A DNA stretch of 64,000 nt from Waterburya sp. (GCA_965217895.1 CBDCJV010000002.1:3552001-3616000); one strand, 5' to 3'. Counted from the first letter of the stretch, positions 8,894-20,124 are shown. The notes: generated by a model from the letters alone, not told the origin. Program-made: numbers and translations.

Positions 8894-11692
8894 TTAACGC
8901 CAAATAAGAGGCTGAGGTCGCTCGATGCCATATCCTTGAGCATAATCAATACCAATTTGTCTTAGGTTTTGCAGAATAGCTTTGCTCTCGACAAATTCGG
9001 CTATGGTCTTGATGTTCATAATTTGGCTGATATGATTAAAGCATTCTACGGTAGCGTAATCAATTTCATCTTCAGCAATGTTGGTCACAAAACTACCATC
9101 AATTTTTAGATAATCTACAGGTAAATTCTTAAGATAGGTCAGAGAACTCATCCCGCTACCAAAATCATCTAAAGCAATGGAGCAACCCAACTCCTTTAAT
9201 TGCCTGATTAAGATTACGGCATCATTAAGATTGGCGATCGCCACTGTCTCGGTTATTTCAAAGCAAATCGTGGCGGGGGAAATAGCATAGCGAGCAAACT
9301 GCTGCTGGAGAAAAGCATTAAACTCCAGGCTGTTAATGCTTGCCCCTGAAAGATTAATTGTATATAGATGGGAAATAGGCTCTAACTTTTGTTCTTGTCT
9401 TGACTGACAATAGATCTCATAGCCAGTCAAAAAAGTAGTTATCACCCAGCGATCTATAGCTGGCATCAAGCCATAACGCTCGGCAGCAGGAAGAAATGCG
9501 CCAGGGGCAATTATCTTTCCTGAATCATCTATTAAGCGTAAAAGTATTTCATAATGAGAGCAGCCTAGTACATCTTTTGCTTGAGAGCTAGTATCCTGCT
9601 GAAAAGTGCGATCGCCATCTTTTTCAATCGCCATTATTTTTTGAGCGTAAAGGCAGAAGCGATGAGACCCCCTAAAGGGTTCAGCAGTTCCTACAACGGA
9701 GGAAACCTCCGCAACGGACTGCTTCACCGCGCCGCCGACAGGCGCACTGGGTAGCGCATCAAGAGAACGATCTTCTTCTAAGGCTCGGTTTAATTTTTCA
9801 ATCCACTGTCTTTCACCACGCTGTTGAGCTACCAAAATATCATGTTCGTGATATAAATAAACACAATTGCCACCTCTTTCTTTGGCTGCATAACAGGCTG
9901 CATCGGTTGTGCTTAGTAAGTTGGTTAAGCTTTGGGTGGTTGCGGTTATTTCTACCAAACCAATACTAACTCCAACCCGAAATACTTTATCTTCCCAAAC
10001 AAAACGAAATTCTTCAATTAGCTGCCTTAGTTGATTGGCAATAGTTTGTGCCATTTTGATCGAGCATTGATGAAACAAAATCCCAAATTCGTCTCCGCCT
10101 ACACGGGCAAAAACATCTAGAGTCCGAATTCTTTTACTTAATAATTTAGATATTTGTCTTAGTAGTTCATCTCCAGCAGCATGACCACAGGTATCGTTAA
10201 CAATCTTAAATCGATCTAGATCTAGATAACAAAGAGCGTGATGAGATTGGCGATAGCGAGCATCTTTAATCGCCCTAGCTACATATTCCTCAAACTTGCT
10301 TCGATTGCATAATCTGGTCAAGGGATCGTGACTTGCTTGCCAAGCTAATTTACGAGCTATTCGTCGCGCTTGGGTAACATCTCGAAAGGTAATAACTGCT
10401 CCAATTATTTTGCCTTGGCGATCTTTGATGGGTGATACTAAACCTTCGATCGCATATTTTTTTTTGCCATTACGGGCAATTAGCAAGTTTTTGCCAGGAA
10501 GCCGATAGACATTATTCTCTTGAACAACTTTCTCGATTGGATTGATTACAGGCTTTTGGGTCGATTCCTGAATCATCTGAAAAACCTTAGCTAAAGGTTT
10601 TCCCAGAGCTTCTTCAGATTGCCAGCCTGTTAAATGTTCGCCAATCGGATTAATATATTTGACTCGACCATAATCGTCGGTAGTAATAACAGCATCACCA
10701 ATGGACTCTAGAGTTACTTGAGCTAGTTCTTTTTCGATAAACAGATTATTTAACTCGGCTTCTTTACGTTGAGTGATGTCTTTTGCCACCCAGATAACAC
10801 TAGTTTCGGATACAGGAGCAATATCAACACAAAACCAGATTAGCAAATCATCAAGCTGTAAGCTATATTCAAAATCTATTCCTTGCTGAGTTTGCAAGAT
10901 TTTCTGGATCAGTGTTTGATATTTATTAGCTATAGGATCGTGAAATAGTTGGGCTTGGGTTTTTTCAATAATTTGATTGACGATGATGTCATCATATAAA
11001 TCAAAAAATTTGGTAGGCAAAATCAGAATCGAATTACTATTGAGTTCGACGGTAAAGACCAACTCATTCATACCTGCAAATACAGCCCGCATTTGAGCCT
11101 CGCAAGACTTTAACTTTTCCTGTAACAATATTTTTTCAATATTTAGTTGCGAAAATATTAATAAGCCACTAATTTGTCCTGCAAAATTGCGCCAAGGATG
11201 TATTTCCCAAAGCAGCTTGTCTATTTTGCCATCGGACTTGCCGAAATCTTTTTCATGCTTTAAAACTTCTACCTTGCCCGCTATACAGTCTTGATAATCT
11301 TGTCTCCAGTCTGGAGGAATTTTAGGAAAAACTTTGTAATGAGTCAAACCAATAATATTTTTTTTTAGCTGATAATCATCAACAAAGCGATCGCTAACTG
11401 CTAAATAGTGCATTTCTCGGTCTAATATGGCGATCGCCACTGGAATATGCAAAATAAATGAACTCAATAGCTGCTGATTGTCTTGCACCATCAGTTCGCT
11501 ATTTTTCTGTTGTTCAATTGCCTGCCTTAATTGCTCTGTTTGTTGTTTTAAAATGTTAAATAGATTACAAATATTCTCCTGATTCAAAACTTTAGTTGTT
11601 TGAGAAAAGTTTAATTCGTGAGAATCGATTATTTCTTCAAGCTTAGATAATAGAATTTCTAAATTACTATCGCTAGACATAATGTAATGCAA
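8894..11692 (-). CDS. PAS-domain diguanylate cyclase/phosphodiesterase (GGDEF-EAL)
   Basis: PAS repeats, RVGGDEF, EILLR and DDFGSG motifs. Carries a 36-aa repeat-derived insert. Confidence 0.93.
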   Translation of the reverse strand: MHYIMSSDSNLEILLSKLEEIIDSHELNFSQTTKVLNQENICNLFNILKQQTEQLRQAIEQQKNSELMVQDNQQLLSSFILHIPVAIAILDREMHYLAVSDRFVDDYQLKKNIIGLTHYKVFPKIPPDWRQDYQDCIAGKVEVLKHEKDFGKSDGKIDKLLWEIHPWRNFAGQISGLLIFSQLNIEKILLQEKLKSCEAQMRAVFAGMNELVFTVELNSNSILILPTKFFDLYDDIIVNQIIEKTQAQLFHDPIANKYQTLIQKILQTQQGIDFEYSLQLDDLLIWFCVDIAPVSETSVIWVAKDITQRKEAELNNLFIEKELAQVTLESIGDAVITTDDYGRVKYINPIGEHLTGWQSEEALGKPLAKVFQMIQESTQKPVINPIEKVVQENNVYRLPGKNLLIARNGKKKYAIEGLVSPIKDRQGKIIGAVITFRDVTQARRIARKLAWQASHDPLTRLCNRSKFEEYVARAIKDARYRQSHHALCYLDLDRFKIVNDTCGHAAGDELLRQISKLLSKRIRTLDVFARVGGDEFGILFHQCSIKMAQTIANQLRQLIEEFRFVWEDKVFRVGVSIGLVEITATTQSLTNLLSTTDAACYAAKERGGNCVYLYHEHDILVAQQRGERQWIEKLNRALEEDRSLDALPSAPVGGAVKQSVAEVSSVVGTAEPFRGSHRFCLYAQKIMAIEKDGDRTFQQDTSSQAKDVLGCSHYEILLRLIDDSGKIIAPGAFLPAAERYGLMPAIDRWVITTFLTGYEIYCQSRQEQKLEPISHLYTINLSGASINSLEFNAFLQQQFARYAISPATICFEITETVAIANLNDAVILIRQLKELGCSIALDDFGSGMSSLTYLKNLPVDYLKIDGSFVTNIAEDEIDYATVECFNHISQIMNIKTIAEFVESKAILQNLRQIGIDYAQGYGIERPQPLIWR
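9660..9771. repeat. 108-nt in-frame insertion of nested short dispersed repeats
   Basis: Bounded by CGAT at 9660-9663 and 9768-9771. GC-rich, and shares units with 3609-3645 and with 41946-41961. Confidence 0.85.
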
Positions 11693-12433
11693 TATTTGCC
11701 GATGTAAAATTAGTAGTGTTTTAACTGTTCAAAATATAGAATTAATCAGGACTGGTTTAAAAAAATCAAGTATTTCATTAAGCAATTTTGAACTAAGATA
11801 AACTTTTAATTAAAAAGCGAAGGTTATATTTAAACTTACTATTCCCATTTAATTGTCTTTAGTAACGTTAAAACTGATACAAAACTAAAACCAATAGTGG
11901 TTATATTAGTATTCTATTGTCAATTGATTTTTAGATTGAGATTTGATCATGCCGTTTATTGTTATTTTTAGTTTAAAGCAGATAGGTTGCATTGCCATAA
12001 TAAAACTTTTATGGTGAATAAAGTTGCTACCGCGATTAGGAGAAAAATATAAACAAAATATTAAGCCTTGCTAATTAAGCCCTGCTCAATATCTAATTAA
12101 GTATTTTCACCGTTAACTTATTGTTTCATTGTCACTACTATTATCTACAACCTGCTTAAAATCAGCCGATTTTGAGAAGTTCTGACCAAGCAAAGCATTT
12201 GCCAGCAATAATAAATTAGGCATTAGCCCTCAATTATTGCTGACAAACTAATACTTCAAATACTACTAAAGTATGATGATGCAAATTTTGTGAAAGAATA
12301 TATTACTAGCAATATCAGAACAAAATAGAAAAGTAGTCTGTATTCTCAAAGTCAGGATTGATCGGTAAGAATTCATTTGGCATCAAGACCAGATATTATC
12401 TTTCTAACCACTAAGTTCTTTAAATTAAAAATT

Positions 12434-12634
12434 ATGATTCCTCTTCCTCTTGAATCTGAGTTACAGGTTATTCGTCTCAAACGCTACTTAGATAAATATC
12501 CTGAAGAAGCTTTCGAGCTAGCAATACAGCATTACGAAGACTTTCTTGCTTTAGCAGTGGAGTATAAAAAGCTCAAAGCAGAATTAAAATTGATGCCGAT
12601 GCCTGTGAGTAATCTTAGTAACTCTCAAAAGTAA
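12434..12634 (+). CDS. Small helical protein, possibly a divergent NblA-like protein
   Basis: ATG at 12434 gives 66 aa. The LxLE...EEA..L....YE........Y..L spacing resembles NblA. Confidence 0.5.
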   Translation: MIPLPLESELQVIRLKRYLDKYPEEAFELAIQHYEDFLALAVEYKKLKAELKLMPMPVSNLSNSQK

Positions 12635-12746
12635 CTAAACTAGGGCAGCAATAAAATAAACTGTTAGATTAAATCCTGTTTGGATTGAATACTTTAAAGT
12701 GATGTAAGCTGATTGACTAACAAAACTTGTAAAACTTTTGGCTTGT

Positions 12747-12823
12747 CGTAGGTTAGGTTACGCTACCGCTAACTCAACAAAATTAATCAAGCTACTGGGT
12801 TTCACGTTATTTTACCCACCTGC
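12747..12823. repeat. Degenerate cyanobacterial REP-like palindrome pair
   Basis: GTAGGTTAGGTT...AACTCAAC and TGGGTTTCAC...TACCCACCTGC, lying between convergent genes. Confidence 0.5.
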
Positions 12824-12862
12824 AATCCATTTTCATAAATTAAAGTACTTTATGAATCAGAC

Positions 12863-13702
12863 TTAACTTTTGTGAGCCATCTGCATCATAGAAAGGTAAG
12901 TCAACTGTAGCTGATTGTCAAAGTTAAGTTGCAAAATCTGCCTCAACTCAGCAAAAAAACGATCTTTCTGCTCTGTTTGCAACCTAATATACGGCGATAG
13001 GGTACTCAACAGAGTTAGATAATCATCAATGCTGTAGTTAACCTTGTTGATTAAATATTCTTCTGTTAAATCTTCAAAATAGCCCGAATTAATTACTTCC
13101 TGTCCCATTTTGCCCAGGTTTTCTTGGTAATTTGCCAAAGTTTCATATTTATTTAACTCAGGTGCATGATTCTGATAAATGTCTGTCAGTGCTTGGTACA
13201 CTTTGTAATTAAGTTGAGGCGGTGTATTCCACAGTAAAATTAACAAGCCATCTTCTTTTAAAGCTGCTGCTGTTTTTTGCGTTCTAATTTCTGGAGTTAG
13301 CCAGTGAAAAGAAGTTGTCGCCACCACCAGATCAAATTTTTGGTTAGTTAACTCCCAATCTTCAAAAGTGGTATTAATAAACTGGACATTTGGATAAGCT
13401 GCACATTTTTGTTGAGCTAATTTACAGGCTGGGAGACTCGGCTCAAGACAGATCATGTCCACGCCCATTTTGGCAAATTCAATACTAGCAATACCTGGTC
13501 CCGCACCGATTTCTAGCACGGCTTTTAATGAGTGTAACTGAGCTATTTCTTGCAGATGTGCCAGGATTTTTGCAGGGTAGCGCGGTCTAGTGCGCTCATA
13601 AGCCTGTGCTACTTCACTATACCAATTATTTTTGTCGCCACAGCGATAAATATTATTTAATATATTTGATAGGTTTGAATTCGAGGCTTCTGAGTCGCTC
13701 AT
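12863..13702 (-). CDS. Class I SAM-dependent methyltransferase
   Basis: YERTRPRYP, VLEIGAGPG, FDLVVATTSFHW. Confidence 0.9.
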   Translation of the reverse strand: MSDSEASNSNLSNILNNIYRCGDKNNWYSEVAQAYERTRPRYPAKILAHLQEIAQLHSLKAVLEIGAGPGIASIEFAKMGVDMICLEPSLPACKLAQQKCAAYPNVQFINTTFEDWELTNQKFDLVVATTSFHWLTPEIRTQKTAAALKEDGLLILLWNTPPQLNYKVYQALTDIYQNHAPELNKYETLANYQENLGKMGQEVINSGYFEDLTEEYLINKVNYSIDDYLTLLSTLSPYIRLQTEQKDRFFAELRQILQLNFDNQLQLTYLSMMQMAHKS

Positions 13703-13761
13703 AATTTTTTAATTTAAATAATAAAATTTACATAATTTAATAATTGTTGCTATAATCAGAT

Positions 13762-13918
13762 ACATAAGTTAACAAACACGAATTTGTAACAACTTATATA
13801 TTTAGTTTTTATTTTGAACTATTAACTTAATTTTGCTCTAAGAGCGATGCTCAGAGCGAACTATCTTCTCAAAAAGAATTTCTCCTATGTAACCTCAGTC
13901 TGGTAGCTGAGGTTTTTT
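13762..13918 (+). ncRNA. Candidate trans-acting sRNA (possibly PsrR1-like)
   Basis: TGnTATAAT at 13748-13756, two hairpins, a single-stranded UUUCUCCU anti-SD stretch, and an intrinsic terminator at 13891-13918. No ORF is listed here. Confidence 0.55.
13891..13918 (+). terminator. Intrinsic terminator
   Basis: AACCTCAG...CTGAGGTT stem followed by a T-run. Confidence 0.8.
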
Positions 13919-13988
13919 CATTGACTGAAGTTATAAGTTAGCAATTTGCTAGTATGTTTCTAACTCATAATTTAAGATCAAATAGTCA

Positions 13989-14636
13989 GTGACAATTAAA
14001 TTAGATCATCTATTCATTTATTGCCAGGTAAATGCACCAGAAATTGAGCGAATTCTAGACCTGGGAATAACTGAGGGGCGATCGAATACTCACCCAGGAC
14101 AAGGTACAGCTAATCGATGTATTTTTTTTGAGAATGCAATGCTAGAATTTCTTTGGGTGATGGACAAAGAGGAAGTTTCTAGCCCAACTGTTGCACCAAC
14201 AAAACTTGAGGAAAGATCGCGTTATCATGAAACAGGTTATTCTCCTGTCGGAATTGGTTTTCGTCGTAGCAAGATAGGAGAAGCTTTACCGTTTAATACC
14301 TGGGCATACCGTCCTGCTTATTTGCCTGCTCAACTTCAAATTGATATAGCTAGAGGTATTAAACCTCATGAACCACTACTGTTTGCGATTCCTTTTAGTG
14401 AAAAGACTTATAGTAAATCTATAAATCATGCCAGTGGCATCAAAAAGGTTACGAATGTAGAAATTATTATTCTCTCTCCTCAACCATTTTCTGATGCGAT
14501 TAATATAGTTCAACAGTCTGATCTGGTTAAATTTATTGCAGGAAAAGAGCATTTATTAACCATAGAGTTTGATCGATCCATTCAACAACAGACCATAGAC
14601 TTTAGACCTCATCTACCTCTGCAATTTCGTTGGTAG
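13989..14636 (+). CDS. VOC/glyoxalase-like family protein
   Basis: LDHLFI...HPGQGTANRCIFFENAMLEFL. Confidence 0.85.
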   Translation: MTIKLDHLFIYCQVNAPEIERILDLGITEGRSNTHPGQGTANRCIFFENAMLEFLWVMDKEEVSSPTVAPTKLEERSRYHETGYSPVGIGFRRSKIGEALPFNTWAYRPAYLPAQLQIDIARGIKPHEPLLFAIPFSEKTYSKSINHASGIKKVTNVEIIILSPQPFSDAINIVQQSDLVKFIAGKEHLLTIEFDRSIQQQTIDFRPHLPLQFRW

Positions 14637-14654
14637 TTGATTAATTTGATTGGT

Positions 14655-15278
14655 TTATTCTATTGATTCAGGAATAGCTGAGAAACCATTGTAACGATTC
14701 ATAGATTTTTCTACCCCTTCTTTTAAACTCAATTCGATCGCTTTGATCGCAGCGCATAATACCTCTTCAATAGCTGGAATTTCTTGGGGAGTAAACTTGC
14801 CTAAAACGTGATTTATAGTTTCTTTCTTGCCATCAGATTTACCAATACCAATTCTTAAACGAGGAAAGTCTTTGACTCCCAAATGAGCAATAATTGACTT
14901 CGTACCATTATGTCCCCCAGCCGATCCCGATTGCCGTATTCGTAATCTGCCAACAGGTAAATCGAGATCATCATAGATAACCAATACAGATTGAGCCTGA
15001 ATTTTATACCAGTCTGTCACTGCTCTTACTGATTGTCCTGAGCGATTCATATAGGTTAGGGGTTTGAGCAAACGAACTTTTGTTCCTCCTGGTGCAATTC
15101 CCTCAGCAAACAAACCTTGAAAACGTTTGTTTTCTTGCAACGGCATTTGCCAAATTTTAGCTAATTCATCAACTGCTGCGAAGCCAATATTATGCCTGGT
15201 GCGATCGTATTTTGGTTCAGGATTACCCAAACCAATAATTAGTTCGGGAAAAACAGGTGCAGTTGAATCGGAAGTCAC
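14655..15278 (-). CDS. pth: Peptidyl-tRNA hydrolase
   Basis: GLGNPEPKYDRTRHNIGF, KPLTYMNRSG, GGHNG. Confidence 0.97.
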   Translation of the reverse strand: MTSDSTAPVFPELIIGLGNPEPKYDRTRHNIGFAAVDELAKIWQMPLQENKRFQGLFAEGIAPGGTKVRLLKPLTYMNRSGQSVRAVTDWYKIQAQSVLVIYDDLDLPVGRLRIRQSGSAGGHNGTKSIIAHLGVKDFPRLRIGIGKSDGKKETINHVLGKFTPQEIPAIEEVLCAAIKAIELSLKEGVEKSMNRYNGFSAIPESIE

Positions 15279-15394
15279 AAGATTCTTAACGAGGAATGAA
15301 TGATTAGGGATAAAGGATGAGGATTTTTTAAAACACTATCTCTCATCCCGATCGACAAAAGTTGGGTAAGTGGTATCTAACTCTTTATTTCAGT

Positions 15395-15616
15395 TTAGTT
15401 AGATTGAAATAAAGTTTCTAAATAAACTCTGGCACAGGCGCGATAGTTTTGAGATGATTCAGTGGTTTGTCCATTGTTGTTTTGTAACAAGAACAAAGAT
15501 AAAGCAGCAGCAAAAACGCGGTCTTGATCCCAATGAGGATGATTTTCAAGATAGTTCTTTAACGACAAATGAAGTTCTTCAGGGATTTCAGCCAAAATAG
15601 TTACATTCGAGTTCAT
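15395..15616 (-). CDS. DUF2811 family protein
   Basis: AEIPEELH..L..YLE.HP.WDQDRVFAAALSLFLLQN. Confidence 0.85.
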   Translation of the reverse strand: MNSNVTILAEIPEELHLSLKNYLENHPHWDQDRVFAAALSLFLLQNNNGQTTESSQNYRACARVYLETLFQSN

Positions 15617-16034
15617 AGTTGGTAAACTGCTCCAGTTAATATGATTTTTAATGGGATATGAGGACTGTTTTCAAATCTAGAAAACAGATGCGCGATCGCG
15701 CTTAAGAAAAGCTTTTAATTTAGAAACAAAGCTAAAAAATAGCCTTGTGTATTATGTAGCTCTACATAAGTAGCTGTTGCTCTTTTGTTTTAGTGAAGAT
15801 TTGTGGTTCTTCAAGTGGATGTTGATACATTGTCGTCTTAAAAGGGGGCTATTTGTCAATGCTACAAAATGTTACGAGATTTGTTAAATCATTATTTTAC
15901 TTACGAAAGCATAAGTATTTAAGCCTGTTTTTTGTTACTTTACTTTACAAAACTGCTTTAAGAAACAGTTAATATTCGGTAAATTTATAAAATCCCCTAT
16001 TTCAGACTCAAGACTTTATTGCTGCGTTATGACC

Positions 16035-16106
16035 TGTGGAAAAAGCTGGGTAAAATGTGGATAACTATGAAAAAGCTTGGGAAAACAGTGGGGAATTTAT
16101 GGGGTA
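16035..16106. promoter_or_regulatory. Phased array of DnaA-box-like 9-mers
   Basis: TGTGGAAAA (16035) and TGTGGATAA (16056), plus about 5 degenerate copies at 10-11-bp spacing. Confidence 0.6.
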
Positions 16107-16214
16107 AAGTAGTCCTTAAAAATAAGAAATAATAACTTTTCCTTGACTTTTTGAGAAAAGTAAAAAGGTACTAATCATTTCATTGAACATTGAACATTGA
16201 ACATTAAACAGCGA

Positions 16215-17732
16215 TTATGTTTTTTGTTCTTGCCACCATTTTGCAGCCAGGAAGCTTATTTCTTGGGCTTCGATGTCAGGCATTCGTTTAAGATGGCTTA
16301 AAACCAGGTTCATTCTGCCTAAAGAATGTAGACGATCGCGATGACGGATGAGAAAATCCCAGTAAAAGAAGTTAAAGGGACAGGCTCGATCTCCAGTGCG
16401 ATCGCTTTTATTATATTGACAACCGCTACAGTAATCGCTCATCTTGTTGATATAGTTAGCAGACGCTGCATAGGGTTTAGAAGCCAAAACACCGCCATCG
16501 GCGAATTGTCCCATACCAATGACATTAGTTTGCATTACCCAGTCGTAAGCGTCAATAAAAGCACTATGAAACCAGTTTTCAATCTCCTGGGGAGAAATTC
16601 CTGAAATGAGGGCAAAGTTGCTCAACACCATCAATCTTTGAATATGGTGTCCGTAAGCTGTTGATTCTATCTGAGTTAGAGTCTGACGCAAACAGTTCAT
16701 CTCGGTTTTGCTGGCATCCCAAAAGAAATCTGGCAAAGGGTGATGATGTTCAAACCAATTACTTTGGCTGTAGCCTTCAGGTTGGTGGTAATAAATACCG
16801 TGCATATATTCTCGCCACCCCATTACCTGACGAATAAAACCTTCTACACAATTTAAGGGTAATTCCTGTTGATAATAAGCAGTTTCTACCGCATCAATTA
16901 CCTCCATTGGCTCAAGCAAACCCAGGTTTAAATAGGGAGATATCAAGCCATGCCACATAGTATATTCCCCTGTAATCATGGCATCTTGATATGTACCAAA
17001 GTTGGGCAAACATTCCTGCACAAAATAAGCCAAAACCGATTTAGCCTGTTGTCTAGTTACACCCCAATTAAAAGGTTCAATTTTGCCATAGTCGGAAAAC
17101 TTTTTTTGTTTTACCCAATCAATTACTTCTTGGGTAATAGCATCGGCTTTAAAAGTTAAAGGTTCAGGTGTTTGCAGATTTTCCTTGGGTGGCTGACGGT
17201 TATCTTTGTCATAATTCCACTTACCACCAACGGGCTTTTTACCGTCCATCAAGATATTAAATCTTTTTCTGCCTTCTCGATAAAAATCCTCCATTAATAG
17301 TCTTTTACGAGATTTCGACCAAGTGATAAACTCATCTTTACTCCACAAAAAATGATTATCGGGTAAAAACGTTATTTCACAATTCAAATTCAAGTCTTGA
17401 ATCAGCTTTAAAAAAGGGCGATCGCAAGGACTAGTTATTTGTAATTCAGTAATCTGGTTTTGTTTTATCCATGCTTGCAAAGGGGTGGCAAAATCAGCAC
17501 TAATTTCATAACTTATCTGCCAGTTATCTGCCTTTAATTCTGCGGCAAAATGACGCATTGCCGACCAAACTAAAACCAACTTTTGCAGATGATATGGTCT
17601 TTGTCTAACATAGTTACTAGACTCAATCAAAATCACAGGCGTTTGCTGTTTACGAGCTTGATTGTTTTGTAAAGTTAACTGATTTGTTGTCAGGCGATCG
17701 CCTAATATCCAAATGCCGATTGTCATATTCAA
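16215..17732 (-). CDS. Cryptochrome/photolyase family protein, FeS-type (PhrB/CryB-like)
   Basis: WILGD, HLQKLVLVWSAMRHF, GGKWNYD, HHIQRLMV, and the C-terminal Cys cluster YCSGC...CPFN. Confidence 0.9.
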   Translation of the reverse strand: MNMTIGIWILGDRLTTNQLTLQNNQARKQQTPVILIESSNYVRQRPYHLQKLVLVWSAMRHFAAELKADNWQISYEISADFATPLQAWIKQNQITELQITSPCDRPFLKLIQDLNLNCEITFLPDNHFLWSKDEFITWSKSRKRLLMEDFYREGRKRFNILMDGKKPVGGKWNYDKDNRQPPKENLQTPEPLTFKADAITQEVIDWVKQKKFSDYGKIEPFNWGVTRQQAKSVLAYFVQECLPNFGTYQDAMITGEYTMWHGLISPYLNLGLLEPMEVIDAVETAYYQQELPLNCVEGFIRQVMGWREYMHGIYYHQPEGYSQSNWFEHHHPLPDFFWDASKTEMNCLRQTLTQIESTAYGHHIQRLMVLSNFALISGISPQEIENWFHSAFIDAYDWVMQTNVIGMGQFADGGVLASKPYAASANYINKMSDYCSGCQYNKSDRTGDRACPFNFFYWDFLIRHRDRLHSLGRMNLVLSHLKRMPDIEAQEISFLAAKWWQEQKT

Positions 17733-17865
17733 AGGGATTAAGAGATAAGAAAAGAAATTTATCTGTGACTTTGGGGACGAATCAGGATTTTACTCGTGCG
17801 ATCGCACCACTCAAGCAACATAAACAACGAAAAATTAAAATAAAAGTGTAACAATATTTACCTAA

Positions 17866-17883
17866 ACATTACAGATTATTACT
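17866..17883 (+). promoter_or_regulatory. Direct repeat upstream of cpeB; possible light-regulated operator
   Basis: ATTAC repeated at 10-bp spacing (17868, 17878), reminiscent of the cpeBA promoter direct repeat. Confidence 0.3.
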
Positions 17884-17967
17884 TTGTTTTTAATAAAGGA
17901 GACTCTAATAGGGTCAATATTTTATCTTCAATATTGGTAGATGAATTTAAAACATCTATCAAATTAG

Positions 17968-18561
<594 letters not shown>

Positions 18562-18653
18562 GCATCTTTTGGCTTAGTCTCAATGCTCATGAACTTTTTG
18601 AAGCATTGAAAATATACCATACTTCGATTACAAGCAATTCAGGAGATATTTAA

Positions 18654-19151
<498 letters not shown>

Positions 19152-19208
19152 GAGTTTGATTAGTAGTTTAATCTTGAAAAAAACAGATAGCATTTCTGTT
19201 TGATTGAT

Positions 19209-19268
19209 AGTGGCTTTAGGTCTGTTGCTTTGACTTGAATTAGTTTGAGTGTCAGTCTTAAAGCTACT
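19209..19268 (+). terminator. Stem-loop after cpeA
   Basis: Imperfect inverted repeat AGTGGCTTTAGG...CTTAAAGCTACT. Confidence 0.5.
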
Positions 19269-19351
19269 GTTGTTTATAGAAGTTCTGGGGTCAAAAGCTT
19301 TTATTTTCATTTGACCTGCAAAAACATTAACAAGCAGCTACAAAATTTAAT

Positions 19352-19960
19352 TTGATGACTATAGACGCTTTATTTGAAAAGCTCAAACATCCTAATCCCA
19401 ATTTGCGTAGTAAAGCGATGTGGGAAATTGCGGACGCGAGAGACGAAAATACTATCCCTCGTTTAATGAGTATTCTCAATCAAGAAGATGTAAGCTATAG
19501 AAGAGCAGCAGTTAAAACTTTGGGAGTAATTGGTGCAGATGTCGTTCCTTCGGTAGTAGATTCTTTGCTAAACAGTGATAATCCCACAGTACGCTCTAGC
19601 TGTGCTAAAGCTTTGGCTCAAATTGTGGTCAATTATCCAGATATACCTATGCCCGATGAGGGTATCCAGGGATTGAAACAAGCACTTGATGATCCTAACC
19701 CTGTAGTAAATATTCCTGCGGTGATGACTCTTGGTGAAATAGGCTCTCCTGTTTTTGATTTATTAGTAGAAACTCTTCACACTACTGATAATCTCGCTGT
19801 GGGAGTAGCAATACTTAATGCTCTTGGTTCAATGGGCGATCCTAGAGGAATAGAAGTATTGACGCAGCTTAGTAATGATAAATCAGCCGATGTCTATCTT
19901 CAAGAATCGGCAACTAGTGCATTATCTCGTTTAGAAATGGTGATGAAGTACAACAATTAA
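19352..19960 (+). CDS. cpeZ: HEAT-repeat phycoerythrin lyase/chaperone subunit
   Basis: LKHPNPNLR..AM, YRRAAVKTLGVIG HEAT repeats, located after cpeA. The ATG at 19355 is the likely start. Confidence 0.75.
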   Translation: MMTIDALFEKLKHPNPNLRSKAMWEIADARDENTIPRLMSILNQEDVSYRRAAVKTLGVIGADVVPSVVDSLLNSDNPTVRSSCAKALAQIVVNYPDIPMPDEGIQGLKQALDDPNPVVNIPAVMTLGEIGSPVFDLLVETLHTTDNLAVGVAILNALGSMGDPRGIEVLTQLSNDKSADVYLQESATSALSRLEMVMKYNN

Positions 19961-20124
19961 AATAGCAATTTTCACAAGCGAATGAGCATTATTTTGCTGG
20001 GGTAATCTATAATTTTTAATTATTTAATTTAACTTAGTAAAATTAATTGTTTAAAGCATTAAGTATTCAATTTTATTAAGGCATTTGAGACAATTAACAG
20101 AATAATTTTGGGAAAACTGAGAGT

